Below are positions 1 to 13,910 of a DNA stretch of 64,000 nucleotides, piece by piece. Under the pieces are notes generated by a model. That model was not told the origin of the DNA and did no database searches. It saw nothing but the letters and a program-made list of their open reading frames with translations. The stretch is from the NCBI GenBank assembly GCA_950097015.1, contig CATNEN010000014.1:310001-374000 (forward strand), in the 5' to 3' direction. A program made the translations under genes and the position numbers. The stretch's first letter is position 1, and each line of letters starts with the position of its first letter. This stretch comes from Macrostomum hystrix. Its lineage: Eukaryota > Animalia > Platyhelminthes.

Positions 1-796
1 CTCAAAGGTTCAACTGCAGCGGTGATGCATATTGAAATGATTCTCTGGTGTTGCTATGCTATTTTAAGTCCTTTGTCACGGCCGACTGCTCGTTTTTTCC
101 TCCGTTTTTTACTTTGCTAACAGAACTTGCGGCTTGCATAACTTTGCGATGACAACAATAGTTACTAGTTTTTATTGTATAGAGCGCTTGTGCTTAACAT
201 TTCACTTTTCTGTTGTCTGATTATTAGTTTTATCTGATCGTGTCAGATAGTGTTAAATCTGTTTTTACTCGTAGTCCCAATTTGAGATCACTGTTTACAT
301 GCGAACCAACTTGTTTTTTGTTTCTACGCGCTGTTTTTAAACTATTTGTAGCTTACGAATTGCACATCTTGTTACTTCTAGTAGCACTCTCCGTTTTTTG
401 TTTGACTTGGCGAGATTGCCTGTGTAATTCTGTCCCATGTATACAGTGCAGCTCTGGCCCTGGGGTCTGGCGGCTAGCAGTCTAATTGGCTAATGTAAAT
501 CATGCGCTCATCGCGTAGCCGAATCCCGTGTCCTGCCACCCGGCTCTTTGACTGCACCTTGCTTGTAAACTATTCGTCAGGCATTAAGGCAAAATATATG
601 TTTCTCCTAACTCCGCTTTCAATACCCACACGACGACTCATGGCCTTGTGGAGTTTTTATGCAATAATTTTTACTAGACCTTAATGCTGCAATCGCAAGT
701 TTTAAGAAGCACAGACGATTTTGACACACTTAGTAAATTGGCAAATGTATCCTTTCGGCAGACTTCCCCTTTAATTAACCAACTAGCTAGCATAAC

Positions 797-974
797 TAAC
801 AGCCAAGTTCCTACTCAGCACCCAGAGCATCAGCATCAGTTATCCCTAACAGTCAAGTTCCTACTCAGCACCCAGAGCATCAGCATCAGTTATCCCTAAC
901 AGCCAAGTTCCTACTCAGCACCCAGAGCATCAGCATCAGTTATCCCTAACAGCCAGTTCCTACTCAGCACCCAG
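797..974. repeat. Tandem repeat, 50-bp unit, about 3.5 copies, upstream of METAP2
   Basis: Unit TAACAGCCAAGTTCCTACTCAGCACCCAGAGCATCAGCATCAGTTATCCC recurs at 797, 847, 897 and 947. Confidence 0.9.
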
Positions 975-1077
975 TCGTGAGTAGCACGCAGCAGCACCCG
1001 CTTATCCCTTATATGTGCTCTTTCAGTGCGCGGAAGCGAGTTCGCGAGTCTAGTCCAGCATACCAACTCAAATCTAA

Positions 1078-2739
<1,662 letters not shown>

Positions 2740-3421
2740 TTTCTGCATCGCTCAAAACGGCTCCAGGATGTCTATGATTACTCAGACCTCCAGTTGCATT
2801 CTATCTTTTGCCTGTATTGATTCGGTTGCGATTAGTTTTGTCAGCAAGTTTCTTGTTCTAGTGGATTACAGCTTCCCTGCTCCCCTGGACATTGTTCTCA
2901 TAAATGGATGCATTATTTTCAGTACTAGTTTCCTTCGTGAGTTGATTGATTTGCAGTGCACCACCAGAGTTTTTTATGTTCTAGTTCGGAAGATTGCAGC
3001 GTCTGTTTAAATGGCTGGTGTGTTAATTTGGACAGTCCAATTATTAGTGACTGGCAGTGCGGACATCTCAGTAAATACTGTATTTATTCATGCTTACTGA
3101 CTGCTGCTTTGCAATCTTATTTATTTATTTTCTAGTCTAGATTTGTAAGGGGCTTCTGAATGTACGCATGCATTTTTCAGTACTTCTAATGTTAGATCTG
3201 GACTTCATCTTGTTTGTAAGGAGCTATTCCGGCGTGGGTCGATATCCGTGTGCACTTTTGTCTATGGTATATTCTTTATCATTTGAAGTTAGACTTCCGG
3301 TCTATGATCAGATGCTAATGGCTAAGTGGGCTGCATTTGTATCACTAGTACTACATGTAGCTCAGGAACCATTTGAAAGCCCACAGCTATAGTCACTCAT
3401 TGCAGCTAATCTGCAGCAGCC

Positions 3422-5553
3422 ATGTCCGCAATCTCCGTGCTAAACAGCAAGGCCGAGTTCGCCCGGGCCCAGCAAGCGCTGGCCATCAACATCTCCGCCT
3501 CGCGCGGCCTCCAGGATGTGCTCAAGAGCAACTTGGGTCCGAAGGGCACCCTCAAGATGCTGGTGTCCGGAGCCGGTGACATCAAGCTGACCAAGGATGG
3601 CTGCGTGTTGTTGAATGAGATGCAGATCCAGCATCCTACCGCCTCCCTCATCGCCCGAGTTGCAACTGCTCAAGACGACATGACTGGCGACGGCACCACC
3701 TCCACCGTGCTGCTGATAGGCGAGCTGCTCAAGCTGTCCGAGGATCACGTGACTGAGGGTTTGCACCCGCGCCATCTCACAGAAGGCTTTGAGATCGCCA
3801 AGGACAAGGCGCTAGCCGTGCTGGACGAGATCAAGATTCCCGTGACCCCAGCTGACCGCGACCTGCTTCTCGGTGTGGCCAGGACTTCGCTAAAGACCAA
3901 GGTGATTTGTCTTGCGTTTTTTAGCGCATGTTGCTGAGTTTTCCAAAAGCTCATGTTGCTTAGCGCTACATTGAAGCTGTTCTCTGATTGCTAGTTGTAT
4001 AGTGCAGAATTCAATCTTCAAGGGAGTGTATACAAGTGTCAGCATAAAACGCCACTAATATTGTTCTATACGCAGGTGCACGCAGCCCTCGCCGAGCTTC
4101 TGACAGAGGCGGTGACCGACGCTGTCCTGGCTGTGCGGCAGGATGGCGCGGAGCTGGACCTGCACCGCGTGGAAATCATGCAGATGATGCACAAGACGGA
4201 CATGGACAGCAAGCTTGTGAGGGGGCTGGTGATGGACCACGGTGTGCGCCATCCGGACATGCCGAAGCGCGTAGAGAATGCCTTCATCCTGGTGGCCAAC
4301 GTGTCTCTAGAGTACGAGAAAACTGAGGTGAACTCTGGCTTCTTCTACAAGTCGGCCGCTGAGCGAGATAAGCTGGTGCTGGCTGAGCGCGAGTTTATCA
4401 CGCAGCGCGTGCAGCGTATCATTGCCTTCAAGGAGTCCGTCTGCTCCGGCGCCAACTCTGGCCGCGCCTTTGTGCTGATCAACCAGAAGGGCGTGGATCC
4501 ACACTCGCTGGACCTGCTGGCCAAGGCTGGCATTCCGGCGCTGCGCCGAGCCAAGCGCAGGAACATGGAGCGCATTGCGCTGGCTTGTGGCGGCTACGCT
4601 GTCAACTCTGTGGGTTGCCGCGGGCTCTGCTAGCCTTGAATCCTTAGTTCATGGAATTTTCAACCCACAGCTGTCAGCCTTTATCATAGGATAGCATTAG
4701 TTGTGCAGGCATCAAATTTGCACTGATAGCAGATTTAATAATAAAAGTGGAGAATTCAAGTATACGGACTTTTATGGTGTGCGTTCAGGAATGGGTCTTT
4801 CTATGGTTCTACATAGCACGATGCCATTGTAAATGTGACAGACCAGACAAAAAATTACCTTCGAAATTTGCCTCTCCAGGTGGACGACCTGACACCCGAT
4901 TGCTTGGGTGAGGCTGGCCTGGTGTACGAGTACACGCTGGGCGAGGAGAAGTACACTTTCGTCGAAGAATGCAAGCGGCCCCAGTCCGTCACGCTGCTAA
5001 TCCGTGGTCCGAACAAGTACACCCTGACGCAGATCAAGGATGCTGTCAATGACGGCCTGAAAGCCGTTCGCAATGCCATCAACGACGGCAGCGTTGTGCC
5101 CGGCGCCGGCGCCTTTGAAGTTGCCGCCAACCGAAGCCTGGTGCGCGCAGCCGAGTCCGTGCCCGGTCGCGCTCGTCTAGGCGTCCAGACATTCGCCGAT
5201 GCCTTGCTGGTGCTACCCAAGGTTCTGGCGGCCAATGCCGGTCATGATCCGCAGGAGGTGAGACTTGAATTTACTGGTCCAAGTGTGTATCAGTTATTTC
5301 TTAAATCGTGTACCGTCGCTACCCCCATCCTCAGGTGATGGTTAAGCTGCTAGAGGAGAGCCAGCGCAGCGGAGGCGCTGCTGTGGGCTTGGACCTGGCC
5401 ACGGGCGAGACCTGCCTGCCAGCCGATGCTGGCATCTTTGACAACCACTGTGTGAAGAAGCAGATTATCAACTCGGTGTCCGTCATCGCCGCCAACCTGC
5501 TGCTGGTGGACGAGATCCTCCGCGCCGGCCTGTCCTCCCTCAAGGGCGAGTGA
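3422..5553 (+). CDS. CCT6: T-complex protein 1 subunit zeta (CCT chaperonin)
   Basis: Exons 3422-3901, 4076-4609, 4880-5257, 5335-5553, all phase 0 GT-AG. Motifs [65 protein letters not shown]. Confidence 0.96.
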
Positions 5554-6331
5554 CTGCTGCCCGAGTGACTGCATGGCCTGCTTGACATGGCCCCGAGCTC
5601 TCTCGTGGGTTGTGAAAGTGTGACGTCACAATTAAAAACAATGAGCGAAAGTTCGTGGTCTATTTCTGGATCATTCGTGTGGGTTTTCAGAAAGATAAAC
5701 TTTGCGGTTTCTGAGCAGGTTTCAAATCAATCCCTTTAGTTCCTACTAGGTAAGTGCTGAATCAGAGATTCGTCAGTGAGCTTAAGTAAGAAAAATAATC
5801 TGATCAGATTCTAATTTGGGTCTGCGGTGATTTTCTATTGGTGACGTTGTGATCCCCTAGCGACTGTCAGCTTGAGTACCCCTTCGCAATTGAGCCGTCT
5901 CTTGAGCACTGTTTCCTCTCAATGTTTTTCTACTGTTCCTACTCTTATTAAATATGCTATTAGTGCAAGCTTTGCTGCCGTCTGAATTTTTTACTTCTAG
6001 CGTGCTTAACTTGTTTTTTAGCTTCATGAAACTTCCTGCAGCCACTTCTCGACAGCTAAATCGGTGGCAACAACAGCACCCGCTGCGTCGAAGTTCGAAT
6101 TGTTTTTTTTCCTTCAAAGACTTCTTCAAAGCCTAACTTATCCCCTCAAGTTTATTCCGGTCCGCCCGGCCCAGTAACTGCTGCGCGGTCAGCTAATATT
6201 AGACAATAAGTAAAGCCTCTGGCTCAACTGCCGAGTGTTTGCCCTGGCTGTTTCAATCTCTTGTTGGATTAAGAACACTGTGCGGCCTTGGTGTTTCTGA
6301 TTTCTGTTGTATTAGTGTCAAATGCGATTAG

Positions 6332-6907
6332 CCAGCCATATCTGGTAGCCAGACATTGGGCACTGGATTGCTGATAGATGTGATTCAGTAGTATTCAGGT
6401 CAACCAGCCAAATCTGGTAGCCAGACATTGGGCACTGGATTGCTGATAGATGTGATTCAGTAGTATTCAGGTCAACCAGCTAAATCTGGTAGCCAGACAT
6501 TGGGCACTGGATTGCTGATAGATGTGATTCAGTAGTATTCAGGTCAACCAGCCATATCTGGTAGCCAGACATTGGGCACTGGATTGCTGATAGATGTGAT
6601 TCAGTAGTATTCAGGTCAACCAGCCAAATCTGGTAGCCAGACATTGGGCACTGGATTGCTGATAGATGTGATTCAGTAGTATTCAGGTCAACCAGCCAAA
6701 TCTGGTAGCCAGACATTGGGCACTGGATTGCTGATAGATGTGATTCAGTAGTATTCAGGTCAACCAGCCAAATCTGGTAGCCAGACATTGGGCACTGGAT
6801 TGCTGATAGATGTGATTCAGTAGTATTCAGGTCAACCAGCCAAATCTGGTAGCCAGACATTGGGCACTGGATTGCTGATAGATGTGATTTATTAGTATTC
6901 AGTAGTA
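6332..6907. repeat. Tandem repeat, 72-bp unit, about 8 copies
   Basis: Unit CCAGCCAAATCTGGTAGCCAGACATTGGGCACTGGATTGCTGATAGATGTGATTCAGTAGTATTCAGGTCAA at 72-bp spacing; source of spurious ORF 6480-6956. Confidence 0.95.
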
Positions 6908-6985
6908 TTCGCGCCGAAACTGCGCCAACTCGCGGGCAAGTACAGCCAGGTGGCATTCGTCAAGCTGGAAGTTGATAAGATTCGG
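6903..6985 (+). other. Candidate thioredoxin-like exon (helix 2 to strand 3 region, no CxxC found)
   Basis: Translates VFAPKLRQLAGKYSQVAFVKLEVDKIR, resembling the segment after WCGPC in thioredoxins. GC-rich, flanked by TTCAG and GTGAGT. No convincing upstream active-site exon found. Confidence 0.45.
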
Positions 6986-7032
6986 GTGAGTGAGATTCTA
7001 GCATCAACCCGAACTGTCCGCTTGCAGCCGAC

Positions 7033-7377
7033 ATGCCGCAGCTGACTCTGAACACCAACGTGTCTGGTAGCCACATTGACAGCCAGCTGCTGCGGGACCT
7101 CACGGACCTGCTGGCCAAGCAGCTGGGCAAGCCGGACACTTACTGCACCGTTCACATCTGCCCCGACCAGCGCATGGCTTTCGGCGGCACTGAAGACCCC
7201 TGCGGCCACGCCACCCTCCTGTCCCTCGGCGGCCTTAGTGACAGCCTCAACCGCGGCATCTCCAAAGCCCTAGCCGAGTTCTTCAGTGCACGTCTGGGCA
7301 TTCCGCCCGCCCGATGCTACATCCGCTTTGTTGACTGTCAGCGGCACGAGCTCGGCTGGAACGGCGGCACATTTTGA
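7033..7377 (+). CDS. MIF: Macrophage migration inhibitory factor / D-dopachrome tautomerase family protein
   Basis: Single-exon 114 aa. Starts MPQLTLNTNV (Pro-1), contains LGKP, MAFGGTEDPC and ends GWNGGTF, all typical of the MIF family. Confidence 0.92.
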   Translation: MPQLTLNTNVSGSHIDSQLLRDLTDLLAKQLGKPDTYCTVHICPDQRMAFGGTEDPCGHATLLSLGGLSDSLNRGISKALAEFFSARLGIPPARCYIRFVDCQRHELGWNGGTF

Positions 7378-8218
7378 GCTGCTTTGCGATCATTGAGTTC
7401 ATTATAATGGATCAATGTTACCGAGTACATTCAATTATGGAGCCCTGCAATTCTGGTTTGAGCGTCAATTAAAGAAAAAAATAGCGTTTCATTGGGATTT
7501 TGTCCCTATAATTATCCATGTACATATTGTACACCATGTACTGAATGCCAGTCCGACTGTTGTCACATACTTTACTTTTGTATTTAGTTCACCCTTAGGA
7601 AGCGTATTCGCTTGCAAGAATGAGAGCTAATTGTTAAATTATGATTAGTGATTAAATAATAAACTGCAGTTATGCTTTTTGTTGGGCAATATGCTATCCT
7701 AGTTCCCCAGGTAGTTAGTCTAGGCATTTTCCAAGACAAAGCACAGCAGGCAGCATCCATAGTCACCCGTAATGCACTGCTATACGCACTTAAAAATCCA
7801 CTGTATTGCGGCGCTATGAACTCCTCTATGCGTACATTATTCTTCTAAGTCTATGCCATTTCGTTCTCTAGTTCTTGTTATTGCACTGTTTGCTATTGTG
7901 GCTGATTTGGCTTCGGCTCCACCAACTGAAATAAATAGTCTGATAACTTACACGACAAGTATTTCTGCTTATCTCTGTTCAGTCTCTATATTTTATTGGC
8001 TTTATGTACTATTAATTATAGATCAAGCAGTAAATCAGCTTCCAAACTTCATGCTGTAGTCTGTAGTTATTACTAGCGGATGTGTCACTAGCTGTACATC
8101 TGGCCCTAGGTGTAACTTGTAAATCTTCTGCATCAGCTGCAGGCATTCATTCTCGAAGCATAGCAGCTCATTGACAGTTTTGTATGTAAATCTCCACCGC
8201 CATACATTTTGCTTGCAG

Positions 8219-9100
8219 GCTGCATTCAGGCAAAAGAAGAAGAAGCAACAGAAGCGCCGCGCTGTCCAGCAGCGGCAGCTGCGGTCCAGCAGCGGCAACC
8301 CAGCCGCAGTCCCGGGCCGCCCAGCTCCATGCGGTGACTTCCTCGGCCTACCGTGGCGCGAGGAGGCGCAGCTGCGCAAGGCGCTTATCCTCAGTCTGCG
8401 CGATGGCCGCCCGGTGAGCCGCCGAACTGTTGAGCGCTCAATGACCGCTTCAGCACCTGCAGTCCTCTCCTCAGCTGCACCTGCTTCCACCAAGCCGTCA
8501 GCACCTGCAGCGAGAAGTCCGCGCCTTCTGCCGCAGCCCCCGCCCCCGCCTGAACTGCGTCTGGACCCCAACACTGGCAGGCCTGTCTCTACCGTCGCCT
8601 TCCTTGACTTTCTCTGCTGTTATCGGTCAACGGCCTCAGCTGCCTCCGCCGCAGTGCCAATTCGGCTACGCTGGCTTGCACTGCCGCCCAGCCTCCGCAG
8701 GATGAAGCAGCGCGTACCATCACAACAGTTGCCACTGACGCCGTTGTCTCTAGCGCCGAGGCAAAGCCAAGCACGTAGCCCGCTCTCGGTTGATACAGCT
8801 CCAGAGATCCCAACCAATCCCCAGCGCCCTGAAACTCAGCAGCAGACCAATGGCAAGCAAGCTCACCGTCAGGGCAATGGCCACGTCAACGGCCATTGTG
8901 AGTCGTTGCATCTTCAGCATCAGCGACAGCAGCAGCAGCGAGTGGCTGCTGCAGGCAGGGCCAAGCGTCGCGCTCTGGCAACACTGAGGGCTGCGGCTGC
9001 CAGCTGCGCTGTACCGGAGAAACGGCAGACAGCAGCAGCGCCAACCACGGCGGCTCCTCACCAGATGCAGCGACGCAGTGGCCGTCTTGCAGCGGCGTGA
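8219..9100 (+). CDS. JARID2 N-terminus-like protein (UIM plus PRC2-binding helix; no Jmj/ARID domains); start codon unresolved
   Basis: [20 protein letters not shown] (8345-8404) resembles JARID2 [45 protein letters not shown] (to about 8630) resembles JARID2 LLPPP..KPKTEDFLTFLCLRGS. Acceptor TTGCAG ends at 8218; stop TGA 9098-9100. Confidence 0.6.
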   Translation, partial: [293 protein letters not shown]

Positions 9101-9913
9101 GCCACTAGGTTGAGCTGGTCGCTTTACTTTTTTATGCCCAGAGCTGGCTAATCATTGTCTGGTACATTCAAACTGGTGCTGTAGAAGCTGGCAGCTGAGA
9201 AAAAGCTTCTAGGTAGTTTAACCAATTAGTTTAACCATTTAACCAATCATGACATTTAACCTATAGTTGATTAAATGAACTATAGGCTGCTGCAGCCTGG
9301 TCATTATGTTATGATTTTGTAACTGCTGTCTTGTTTTTGTGACTCGGTTTATTTCTATTATAATTTCGTTTCAATAGCGTTTGCTCTGCTTTTTAATCGA
9401 CGACCAATAGATCTTCTTATTTCCTTTTTTCGCAACTCAGGTCGCCTATGTTGTACATTGTACTTTGTACATATGTTATAATGCGGCTATTATTTGTTGA
9501 TTGGCTCAGCATCTTCTGGCTGAGTTCTCGCGCACTGCTCAGATACTCGATGCATCGCATTTTGTTTGCGCGTCTCTCTTCTCTTTGATTTCCTGTTTAT
9601 GTAACTATTTAATTTATAACCTCTTATCGACTGTTTGCACTAAATACAAGCTGTAGAATTGCTTTTTTGTCCAACGTTTCGTTTTAGGCAAACCAAACAG
9701 GTAACTGGACTTCATTGTTTTCTACACTAGAATTTTATCCGCTACTCTGAACTGTAAGATAATAATAGTTGTGGAATACTTAGTCTCTGTGGCCTTCTGC
9801 ATGCTCGTTTGCATTTTCCATTCCAAAGCGCTCATCAAATTTTTGTTCGGCCTGCGCTGACGTGTCTTTGAACATCGCATTGAATAGCTCGCGCCCTCGC
9901 CCACAGCCAGCCA

Positions 9914-12360
9914 ATGTCTGCCGATGTCGTGGAAAGTTTGGTCGAAGGTCTCTCGCACACTCAGCTGGGTGATCCAGACTCCGGCTCCGAGGATGTCGAT
10001 GCTCCGGCTTCCGCTGATGGCCGGCTGCTGAGCTTTGCCGACCGTGGGCTAAAGCTGGACACTGCCGAGACCGCTGCCGAGGTGACTGCCGCGCTGGCAG
10101 CTGGCGATCCTGACCTTGCTGCTCTCGACCTCTCCGGAAACACGGTCGGCGTTGCCGCCGCTGTAACCATCGGGGCTGCTCTTGCGCGGCACGCGCGCAG
10201 CCTGCGCCGCCTGCTGTGGAAGGACACCTTCACCGGACGCCTCAAGACAGAGATCGGGCCCGCGTTGACGGCCATGACCCGTCCACTTGCCCTGCCAGAC
10301 TCTGGTGCCAACCTCATCGAGATCGACCTATGCGACATCGCCTTCGGCCCCAACGGTGTTGTCGGTGTCACCGACCTGCTGGCTTCACCGGCCTGCTTCT
10401 CCCTCCGCGTGCTGCGCATGAACAACGAGGGCCTTGGCCATCAAGGCTGTCGCCTTCTCGCTGACGCCCTCGGCCGGGGCATCGACGCCAGCGAAGCAGC
10501 AGGCCGGCCACTTCGGCTGCGAGAATTTTCTGCTGGACGCAACCGACTTGAGAATGACGGAGTCACCATGCTTGCTGCCCCGCTTAGCCGTATGGCCAGC
10601 CTGCGCAAACTGGAGCTCTACCAAGATGGCATCGGTATCCACGGACCCGAGGGTGCTCAGCAGCTCGCCGCCATCGTGGCCGCCAATCCGCGCCTACGCT
10701 GCCTTAACCTGTCCGACAACAGCATCAAGCCGGATGGGGCTCGTCTTCTAGCTGACACTTTGCGCCGGCTGCCACACCTCACCGAGCTCAACCTTGCCGA
10801 CTGCCTGCTGCTGAGTGAGGGTGCTCAGGTAGGGCCTGTTTTTGTCTAAGCTTAAGGAGTGTTCAGGATTTGTGCTGCATTAATTTCCATCTCTAGTTTG
10901 TATTTATTGCTGTCTGTTGTCTGTAGCCATTACCGTCTGTAGTCTGTAGCCATTAGCATCTGTAGTCTGTAGCCATTAGCATCTGTAGTCTGTTGTCATT
11001 ACCATTGCATTGCTTCAGTGCACCCAGCTGTTTAATGGGTACCAGCTCGGGTAATTGTGTGTGAGTGTGGCATTCCCCAAAGTTCAGTCATTGGACTGAT
11101 ATAAAAAGCCTTTATAAGCGGTGCGCAATAGCTGTGGCTGTGCAGTCTGTTGCACAGATGGCCTGACTGGGGCAGGTGTAATACATTTTAGTAATAATAA
11201 TAATAACTGTTATCGCTTTTTAGGCCATCGCCGACGCCCTTGACGAGGCCCCGTGTAAAAATTTACGAGAACTCGTCCTGAGTGGCAACGAGATCAACAA
11301 AGACGTGGCACTGGCAGTGGCAGCGGCTGCGGCCGGTAAGCCTAGCCTACGTCGGTTGGACCTGAACGCCAACATGATCGGCGCTGAAGGTATCGAGCTA
11401 ATTCGTCAACATGTCCACGCTTCTGGCGGAGCAGAACTGGCCTCTTTCTCTGATGATGAAGGCGAGGCCGACGGCGAGGATGATAACGACGATAATGACG
11501 AGGGTGCAGCCTACGGAGAGGAGGCAGCCGAGGACGATGAAGATGAGGTCGAAGCCGCGACTGCTGGTCTATCCATCGGCGCCGGCACCGGAAACCGCAG
11601 CCTGTTTGACAACCTGCCAGCTACATCGCTGTCAGGCTGCAGCATCTTTGGCGGCTCGGCAGCTTCGAGGCCCGCACCCAGCACAGGATCAGGCAGTGGG
11701 GTCGTGGCTTTCAGCTTCAAAGCTGCCGCGGTGACATCAGCCGACAAGTCCGCATCTACGCCATCGTCTGAGGCGGGACTGCCGCTGCTGCGGCCCAGCC
11801 GGCTCTCCGCTGTCGGCCAGTCTGATGCCGAGTCCGCAGCGGCAACGTCGCTTGTGGACCGCCTGCTAACCTCGCCGGCTACGTTCCAGCTCGGTGCCAA
11901 CGACCTGACAGCTGTCGGTCCAGAACCCGGGCCACGCTTGCTGCGCGCTGCTCTGGCTGCTCCCGACCTGCCCGATCGCTGTCAGCGGCTGGTGGCTGGG
12001 GCCTTGGCCATGTGCCTGCAGGCCGACACTCCTCAGGCGGAAATGGCGGCAGCCGGCCTGCTGCAGGCGGCACTGCAGCTGAAGCCGGTTGTGCCAGGCG
12101 GCTGGGTTCAGGCTGTGCTCACCGAATGCGGCCTCATCAAGTGCGAACGCCTGCGTAACCGGCGCCGGCCCTGCGACCTGGCGCGCACGGCACCATTTTG
12201 GCGCGCTTTGGGCCGCGCGCTAACAAGCGTTGGCGACACTGCATCAGCTGACCAGCGGCGCTGTCTTGCTGCGTGTCTGGATGGCCTATGGCCTCGTGGA
12301 GACGCGTCAGCCGCCGCTAGCGCCAAGCAGAGTCTTGTAGGCGCCCTCACCGCCCTCTAG
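9914..12360 (+). CDS. RANGAP1: Ran GTPase-activating protein 1
   Basis: Exons 9914-10828 and 11224-12360 (phase 0). LRRs with LSGNTVG, DTFTGRLKTEI, AFGPNG, GRNRLENDG; acidic tract; C-terminal GLIKCE matching the RanGAP1 SUMO site GLLKSE. Confidence 0.93.
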
Positions 12361-13015
12361 CGATCGATGTTTTGGGTAGATCTGAACTGCAGAAGCCTGA
12401 ACTCCCCCGGCGGCCTGCTGGTGTGCGAGTCTGTGGGGGAAGCTAAATAATTTAAAAGCCATTTTGTCTGTCCCAATGTTTTATTAATGTACTTCTGAAT
12501 CCGGTGCGTATTGAACTTGTCGCTGTCCCGGGTAGGAAGTGGGTGGCTGGCCACAGGTTTCTACCTGCATTTAACAAATCTGCATTCGGAAAGCCAACGC
12601 GTTTATAATTCTGTCTTTTATGCTACTCAGATGATTTGTTGGGGTGGCAGTTTAGAGACAATGATAGCAATGTGACATGCTTCGATAGTTATCTATTTTT
12701 ATTGCGGCTTGAAACATCAAATTGTTCAATAACTATAAATAAACTAATGGCGCTATTTTAAACTATTACGCTAGAACTGGGACTATTGTATATTTTGTCA
12801 TTCATTTGCCGTTAATCTGTCCTATCAGTCTTTAATGCTTTCAAACACAATATTTTGTAGTTCCTGAATTCAAACTTTTTTAAGAGCTTCCGTTTCTGAG
12901 TTGACTGACGCCTTCCACGTTTCATCAAACTGCACATTTCAGCCCAGACAGGCAGAACCGGTCCAAACCGGTTAGAACAGCCAGTCTAAACACAGAAGCC
13001 AGGCAGAGCTCGGTC

Positions 13016-13910
13016 ATGACCCAGCAGTCCAAACGCACGCTCATCAAAGCCATCATCCTGGGCGACCAGGGAGTGGGCAAGACCGCCTTGCTGCACCGGC
13101 TGGTGAAGAACAGCTTTACGCAGTACTACAAGACCACAGTGTGCGTGGACTTCCTAACCAAGGACCTGTGCATTGATGGCAGGCCTGTCACGCTGCAGCT
13201 GTGGGACACGGCTGGTCAGGACCGCTTCCGCTCGCTCGGTGCCTTCTACTTCCGCGGCGCCGACGCCTGCGTGCTGGGTGCGCAGTTCTTGACTGACTTG
13301 CGTTGCCTGTGTTCTGGCATTAGTGATATTCCAATCCGTTATTACGAGAACAATCCCAGTGAAGAGCAACTTTGGGAATTTAGATCATCCGTTCATTTGT
13401 GCAGCAAAATGGAATTTATTTATTGATCGGTAGCAGCAGTATTACCCTCTGGCTGTAATTCAGTGCTACATTTGCAGTATCTACCTCAATTTATTCCCCA
13501 TTGTCCCCACCCTCCCTGAAGTGTACGACGTGACCCAGCCGAACTCATTCAAGTCGCTGGACTCGTGGCGCGACGAATTCCTGGCCCAGGCTGGGCCACG
13601 TGACCCGGATAAATTTCCCTTCATCCTGGTTGGTAACAAGGTGGACCTGGAGAGCCGCTCAGTCACTAAGAAGCGGGCCGCCCAGTGGGCCCAGTGCAAG
13701 AGCTGCATGCCCTACATCGAGTGCTCAGCCAAGGAAGCCGTCAACGTTGACGACGCCTTCTCACTGCTGGCCCGCATCGCACTGGCCCGCGAGACCTCCG
13801 CGGCAGCCGCCGATGAAGCCGCCTCCTCAGCCTCGGAGCTGCCGCCGGCCATTCAGCTGCGCGCCTCCGATGCGGACTCGGAGTCCGGGCAGCGGGCCTG
13901 CCAGTGCTGA
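13016..13910 (+). CDS. Rab7-like small GTPase, paralog A
   Basis: Exons 13016-13277 and 13522-13910 (phase 1). [50 protein letters not shown]; C-terminal CQC prenylation motif. Confidence 0.9.

Noticed and set aside
7853-8059. 68-aa ORF with a signal-peptide-like N-terminus
   Set aside because: AT-rich composition unlike the GC-rich genuine exons here, no recognizable family, and hydrophobicity is expected from T-rich DNA.
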